Shown in pieces: positions 57,991 to 64,000 of a DNA stretch of 64,000 nt. Position 1 is the first letter of the stretch. Each line of letters opens with the position of its first letter. The DNA is from an uncultured Candidatus Saccharibacteria bacterium (GTDB lineage: Bacteria; Patescibacteriota; Minisyncoccia; Phycocordibacterales; UBA12088): NCBI GenBank assembly GCA_964567265.1, contig CAZMLK010000002.1, forward strand, positions 2,996-66,995, written 5' to 3'. Under the pieces are notes generated by a model. It saw nothing but the letters and a program-made list of their open reading frames with translations. It was not told the origin of the DNA and did no database searches. A program made the translations under genes and the position numbers.

Positions 57991-58056
57991 ACAGGGAATC
58001 GAACCCTGATTGAGAGCTCCACAAGCTCCAGTGTTAACCGTTACACCATAGTCGCC
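57984..58056 (-). tRNA. tRNA-His (anticodon GTG) with encoded G-1; CCA not encoded
   Basis: hand-folded cloverleaf GGCGACTA...CTGGAGC-TTGTGGA-GCTCT...CAGGGTTCGATTCCCTG-TAGTCGCC; 8-bp acceptor with G-1:C73. Confidence 0.85.
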
Positions 58057-58094
58057 ATGTATCCGTCCGTGCGCCAGTTATAGCAGAATCGCTC

Positions 58095-58129
58095 AAAAAA
58101 AAGAAGCTGGCGGAATAATTGCCAGCTTC
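58095..58129 (-). terminator. terminator after spoVR-like gene
   Basis: gaagctggc-ggaataatt-gccagcttc with T-run on minus. Confidence 0.65.
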
Positions 58130-58157
58130 GGAAAGGTCAGGAACAACAGTGGATAGA

Positions 58158-59603
<1,446 letters not shown>

Positions 59604-59646
59604 GATAAGTCTGACGGAATGCTACAGGAAATGCAGGAAAAAGAAA

Positions 59647-59680
59647 GGCGCGGCAATTTACTGAAGGAAATTGCCGCGCC
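59647..59680 (-). other. 13-bp perfect hairpin between DUF444 gene and spoVR (terminator/attenuator-like)
   Basis: ggcgcggcaattt-actgaagg-aaattgccgcgcc followed on minus by T-rich tract. Confidence 0.5.
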
Positions 59681-59704
59681 GAAACGGCACCTAAGTACGT
59701 AGCG

Positions 59705-60940
59705 CTAGCCGTCTGCGGTCGCCGCATCTCGCGAGAGAAGGGCCTTGAAGGACGGCCAGATATCCTCGCGCCGCTCGATGAGGACGGACTCGAAATTGGG
59801 TACGTCCGCCTCAAGAACCTTGAAGCGATCGAGCTGGGAACTCTCGTAATAGTGGGAGCCCATCGGCTTGATCTCGCCGTAGCCGAACAGGTTGCAGACC
59901 GCACAGAGCTCGCGGATAGCCTTCAGTGCTTCATCATTGTCGGACTCGAAGTTGTCGCCGTCCGAGCAATGGAATCCGTAGATATTCCAATGGCTCGGAT
60001 GGTATCGTGCCTGGATAATATCGAGCGCCTTGCGGTACCCCGATGAGATCAGAGTGCCGCCCGACTCGCCTTTGTGGAAGAACTCTTCCTCGGTAACCTC
60101 CTTTGCCTGCGTGTGGTGCGCGATGAAGACGATCTCAATCTTCTTGTACTTGGTCCTCAGGAATTGATAGAACAGGAAGAAGAAGCTGCGGGCGAGATAT
60201 TTCTTCAGGCGATCCATCGAGCCTGAAGTGTCCATGATGCACATGACGACTGCGTTCGACTGCTCCTCCGGCTCGGTATTCATTCGACGGAAGCGCTTGT
60301 CGCGTTCACTGAACGGTACCGGCGATTCGCCTTCGCAGCCGCCGTCTCTCCAGGCACGCAGCTCTTCAACCCTCCCAAGTGCGATCGCGCGACGCTTGCG
60401 ATTCCTCACGGTTTCACGTTGGAGCATCCGAGGCGGAATGCCCTTATGCACCACGCCTTTCGAGCGTGCGATCGCGTCCGACTCAAGGACTTTGAGGAGC
60501 TTCCGCTCCAAATTCGGGAGCTCGAGATCCTCAAACATGATCTCGATAAGTTCATCGAGCGTGATATCGGTCTCATAATAATCAAGACCGGGATCGCTAC
60601 CCGCAGGACCTTGCCCTCGATCACCTTTCCCTCGAGCCGAGCCGACTACTTGGCCGGGCTCCGTGTCGCCATCGCCACTTCCGACACCGCCGGTATTCTC
60701 GCCATAGACGAAGCGATATTCCTTCACGCCGCGGATCGGAACCTTGATGATTCGGTCACCGCTCTTGCCGATGATACTCTCCTCGGAGATGATGTCCGCG
60801 ATATTCTCGCGGATCGAACGGCGAAGTTTCTCGCGGTGCCGCTTCCGATCGCCCGCGCTTCGGTCACTTCGATTTGCATCACTTTCAGAATATCCCCGAA
60901 ATACGGCGCCTTCGAGGAGTGCGGTACGCAGGTCAGACAT
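59705..60940 (-). CDS. yeaH: YeaH/YhbH family protein (DUF444, vWA-like)
   Basis: MDTSGSM MIDAS-like motif, HHTQAKEV, HCSDGDN; between prkA and spoVR as in E. coli/Bacillus. Confidence 0.85.
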   Translation of the reverse strand: MSDLRTALLEGAVFRGYSESDANRSDRSAGDRKRHREKLRRSIRENIADIISEESIIGKSGDRIIKVPIRGVKEYRFVYGENTGGVGSGDGDTEPGQVVGSARGKGDRGQGPAGSDPGLDYYETDITLDELIEIMFEDLELPNLERKLLKVLESDAIARSKGVVHKGIPPRMLQRETVRNRKRRAIALGRVEELRAWRDGGCEGESPVPFSERDKRFRRMNTEPEEQSNAVVMCIMDTSGSMDRLKKYLARSFFFLFYQFLRTKYKKIEIVFIAHHTQAKEVTEEEFFHKGESGGTLISSGYRKALDIIQARYHPSHWNIYGFHCSDGDNFESDNDEALKAIRELCAVCNLFGYGEIKPMGSHYYESSQLDRFKVLEADVPNFESVLIERREDIWPSFKALLSRDAATADG

Positions 60941-61030
60941 GGGTACTCTCCTTCAGGGTTCGTGCAGACTCGCACGTGTACGATATATGGTCTGAACATC
61001 ACAGTATAGAAAATGCGGAAAAGCACAAGC

Positions 61031-61060
61031 AAAAAGAAAAGCCGGGTCCGAAGACCCGGC
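61031..61060 (-). terminator. terminator-like hairpin after prkA
   Basis: gccgggtc-cgaa-gacccggc preceded on + by aaaaagaaaa. Confidence 0.55.
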
Positions 61061-61193
61061 CGATTCCCCGCCGAAGCAGGAAAATCTGAGGTTAGAATCC
61101 GCGCGCGATGCGACGGAACCAGAGTGTCTGGCGGCATTTTGCGTTCAGGACGCGTCTAGAGTACTGCCTGAATTTTTGAAAGGACATAGGCGG

Positions 61194-63149
61194 TCAGTCC
61201 TTCCAGAGATGGTTCGCCGCATATTTGAGGATGCTGTCGAGACTGGCCTTAGGATAACCGTGCCGGACGAGCTCCTCGACCATCGTGTCGTACTTCCTAC
61301 CCTGCTCCTCGTCGCGGGTAGTCGCCTTCGTGATGATGCGGCTGATGTCACGAACCGAGTGCATCAGTTTCTTCTCGATCGCTTCCTTGAGAGGCTCATA
61401 GGAAGTGTACTCGATCTTCTCGCCGCGACGTGTGGCTGCCCAGAGATAGGCGATCACTTCCTGGCGGAAGCCCTCGGCTGCCGGGCCGAGAATGGCGATC
61501 TGCTCCTCGATCGACTTGAGCATTGCTTCATCAGGAGCGAGCTTATCGTTCGAATTCGGAACGCTCACCTTCGTTTTCGTGACGAAAGCCTCGGCATGAT
61601 CAAGGTAGTTGTGGAACAACGTCTCAGCCTGTCCCTTGAAGCTGAAGACAAAGGCCTTCGTGATGTCCTTTTCCAAGAGTTCCAGGTAGATCTTGTGGAG
61701 CGTGTCCTGGAGGAACTCGAGATACTGCTTCTTATTGTCGTCAGCGATATCCGCCTCCCTGACCATCGTGATCAAGACTTCGCGGACTGAAAGCGGGGTA
61801 ATTAGACCGTCATTCCGAGTCAGTGCGGTATCAAGCGCCTTGATGATGAACCTGGTCGAGATGCCGAACAGGCCTTCGCGCTTTGCGTCCTCGGAAAGCT
61901 CGTGGCGCGTGAGCTTCTTTGGACGCCCCTTCTCCAAGACCTCCTCACCGTTATAGATCTTCATCTTGGTAACGAGGTCGCACTTATTTGTTGGCTCGAA
62001 CCGCGTCAGGATCGCGAACATGGACGCGAGCTCGAGAGTGTGCGGCGCGATCGACGCATTGAACAGCGAGGTTCCGAGGCGTTTCCTGTAGATCTTCACT
62101 TCCTCCGAAACGCGGAGGTTGTACGGAACCTTCACAACGACGATGCGGTCCAAAATCGCCTCGTTGGTGTGGTCGGCCTTGAACTTCTGCCATTCGGCTT
62201 CGTTCGAGTGCGCGACGATGCAGGTATCGACGTAGATGGTACCGTGCCGGCCAGGTGCCGGGACGAACTTCTCCTGCGTCGCCGTGATCATGGTGTGGAG
62301 GTATTCGGTCTCGTTCTTGAAGACCTCAATGAACTCCACCATGCCACGGTTGCCGACATTGAACGCGCCATTGAGTTCGAGTACGCGAGGGTCGCCTTCG
62401 CTGTACTTGTCGAGCTTCGAGATATCTTCCGAGCCGATCAGGACCGAGGTGTCCTGATTATTCGGATCGACGGGCGGGACGACGCCGATGCCCCGACGAG
62501 ACCGCTTCGAGAGATTGACGGTCTTGACCTTCATGTCCTCATACTTGCCTTCGTGCTCATTGATGAGACGCCAGCGGCAGACCGGGCAAAGATCACCTTC
62601 GATCTTCACGTCAAGCATATCTTCGAATGGCTTCCGAAGATGCCGAGGAATCAGATGCAGCGGCTGCTCGTAGATCGGGCAGCCCTCGATGACATGGATG
62701 GGATCCATCTCCTCGAGACCCCGCTTCAAGCGCTCGACGAGCGAGCTCTTGCCGGAACCGACCGGACCCATGAGGTACAGGACCTGCCGGGCTTCCTCAC
62801 CGCCCATTGCGGCTGAGTGGAAGTAGCGGACGATCTTCTCAAGGGTCCGCTCCATGCCGAAGAATTCATCGGCGAAGAAATTGTAGACCTTCACGGTCTC
62901 GTCGCCGAACACGCGCTTCGCACGGGGATCGGCCTCAAGATCGAGATCGGTGACGCCGGGCTGAACCAGCATCGCGTGCATCCGCGGATGCGCAAGCTGC
63001 GCAATCAGCGGATTCAACTTTACCAGGGAGAGGAACTCGAGAAATGTCCCCGTCCACTCGAGCTTCTGGCGCTCCGCACGATCATTGAGAATGAGACTCG
63101 CAAAGTCATTGTCGGATGTAGCGACGGCGACTGTGCCGGATTCGTCCAT
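61194..63149 (-). CDS. prkA: PrkA/YeaG-family serine protein kinase (AAA+ N-domain)
   Basis: Walker A LMGPVGSGKSSL, CPVCRWRL..., PrkA C-terminal domain; 651 aa. Confidence 0.9.
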   Translation of the reverse strand: MDESGTVAVATSDNDFASLILNDRAERQKLEWTGTFLEFLSLVKLNPLIAQLAHPRMHAMLVQPGVTDLDLEADPRAKRVFGDETVKVYNFFADEFFGMERTLEKIVRYFHSAAMGGEEARQVLYLMGPVGSGKSSLVERLKRGLEEMDPIHVIEGCPIYEQPLHLIPRHLRKPFEDMLDVKIEGDLCPVCRWRLINEHEGKYEDMKVKTVNLSKRSRRGIGVVPPVDPNNQDTSVLIGSEDISKLDKYSEGDPRVLELNGAFNVGNRGMVEFIEVFKNETEYLHTMITATQEKFVPAPGRHGTIYVDTCIVAHSNEAEWQKFKADHTNEAILDRIVVVKVPYNLRVSEEVKIYRKRLGTSLFNASIAPHTLELASMFAILTRFEPTNKCDLVTKMKIYNGEEVLEKGRPKKLTRHELSEDAKREGLFGISTRFIIKALDTALTRNDGLITPLSVREVLITMVREADIADDNKKQYLEFLQDTLHKIYLELLEKDITKAFVFSFKGQAETLFHNYLDHAEAFVTKTKVSVPNSNDKLAPDEAMLKSIEEQIAILGPAAEGFRQEVIAYLWAATRRGEKIEYTSYEPLKEAIEKKLMHSVRDISRIITKATTRDEEQGRKYDTMVEELVRHGYPKASLDSILKYAANHLWKD

Positions 63150-63334
63150 CGTAGGTCACTCCATCAGGTTTTCAGACTGTCGAACAACAGAAAAGCCCGG
63201 AACGGGCCTTAAAGTCTGGCTTGAGAGTACCATCTGAGTGCAGGGTGTCAATGAATCGGCCCCGCCAATTGACAGATTCCTGCTTTTAACAAAAGATACG
63301 CTGAGAGGCACGTCCACGCATGGAGGGTATCCCA

Positions 63335-63688
63335 ATGCAGACCCCGATTCTCCCGACGTCGACCGACTTCCATAGCCGCCTAAGAAACATCGTACTCTCC
63401 CCTGTCTTCTTTTTGCAGAAAATCCACTATTCGCTCGGGATGTATCGGTTCATCACCAATGACCGGTACATGGACTGTCGCCCCGGGGATGCCATGGTTT
63501 CGATTTACGGGACACTCGCAACGGTTGCAGTGTCGTTCCTATTCCTTCCACTCGCTGGTTGGCTTGGCTGGCACGGACGCTTCTCGTTCTATTGGAGTGG
63601 AGCAATTCTTGCACTTCTCCTTCTCTCACCGCCTCTGATCACCTATCTAACCAGTGAATGGTGGTTGTATAGGATGCGCAAAAAATAA
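63335..63688 (+). CDS. hypothetical membrane protein (117 aa)
   Basis: GGAGGG RBS 7 nt upstream of ATG 63335; three TM helices; own terminator. Confidence 0.6.
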   Translation: MQTPILPTSTDFHSRLRNIVLSPVFFLQKIHYSLGMYRFITNDRYMDCRPGDAMVSIYGTLATVAVSFLFLPLAGWLGWHGRFSFYWSGAILALLLLSPPLITYLTSEWWLYRMRKK

Positions 63689-63702
63689 ATAAGGATTCAG
63701 CG

Positions 63703-63727
63703 AGAGGGCTTCGGCCCTCCTTTTTTC
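63703..63727 (+). terminator. terminator gagggc-ttcg-gccctc + T7
   Basis: GC hairpin followed by tttttttt. Confidence 0.65.
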
Positions 63728-63740
63728 TTATCGCAAGATT

Positions 63741-63873
63741 GGACTGGACTTGGTCACATGTGCTAAGTATTTTTGTTCACTTGAAAGCTCCAAAAATACT
63801 AAGCACTGCGACCCCAGTCGAAACTAAGCTCCCCCGGAGCTTAGTTTCGACTTTTCAAGTCCAGTCCTGCGCG
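63741..63873. repeat. nested inverted-repeat structure built around tRNA-Leu 3'-end-derived arms
   Basis: outer arms ggactggacttg 63741-63752 / caagtccagtcc 63856-63867; inner hairpins 63760-63806 (15 bp) and 63817-63851 (16 bp); 63854-63873 is an inverted 19/20 copy of the tRNA-Leu 3' end. Confidence 0.8.
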
Positions 63874-63881
63874 AAAGATAG

Positions 63882-63916
63882 AAAAAGGCCCGGCTTTCAA
63901 AGCCGGGCCTTTTTCT
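63882..63916. terminator. bidirectional terminator aaaaaggcccggcttt-c-aaagccgggccttttt
   Basis: perfect palindrome with A/T runs just downstream of tRNA-Leu. Confidence 0.7.
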
Positions 63917-63921
63917 ACTTT

Positions 63922-64000
63922 TGGTGCGCAGGACTGGACTTGAACCAGCAAGCCCTTGCGGGCGCTACCACCTCAAGGTAGTGCGTCTACCAATTTCGCC
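63922..64000 (-). tRNA. tRNA-Leu (anticodon GAG), CCA encoded; 5' ~8 nt cut off by window end
   Basis: revcomp ...GGCGAAATTGGTAGACGC-A-CTACC-TTGAGGT-GGTAG-long variable arm-CTGGTTCAAGTCCAG-TCCTGCGC-ACCA. Confidence 0.8.

Overview
High-GC (~60%) bacterial chromosome segment, gene-dense, mostly transcribed on the minus strand, with short proteins and Patescibacteria-like features (uncertain). Identifiable core genes include glmS, rplJ-rplL, ftsK-(small ORF)-recA coupled by ATGA overlaps, ECF sigma plus putative anti-sigma, efp, rpsF-ssb-rpsR, tatD, metG, an alpha2-type glycyl-tRNA synthetase, recO, a type-2 ileS, argS, glyA, thyA-dcd-folA, rplK/nusG/secE, mscL, typA, an aquaporin, nlpE-like, tspO, tRNA-His, a prkA-yeaH(DUF444)-spoVR triad and a partial tRNA-Leu. 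The most notable observations are: (1) a low-GC, terminator-bounded single-gene island encoding a 967-aa protein with an Mrr-like GGDxGxD motif; (2) a complete histidine-phosphatase (RHGE...SHG) domain inserted in-frame inside IleRS; (3) a low-GC block carrying folA; (4) an orphan plus-strand unit with a consensus TTGACA-17-TATATT promoter; (5) long perfect palindromes built from the 3' ends of both tRNAs; (6) a 30-nt palindrome duplicated around a ~290-bp segment; and (7) a 715-bp non-coding stretch upstream of a 1202-aa surface-protein gene. No CRISPR array, integrase or transposase was seen. All calls come from reading the sequence and from remembered family signatures; no searches were run.
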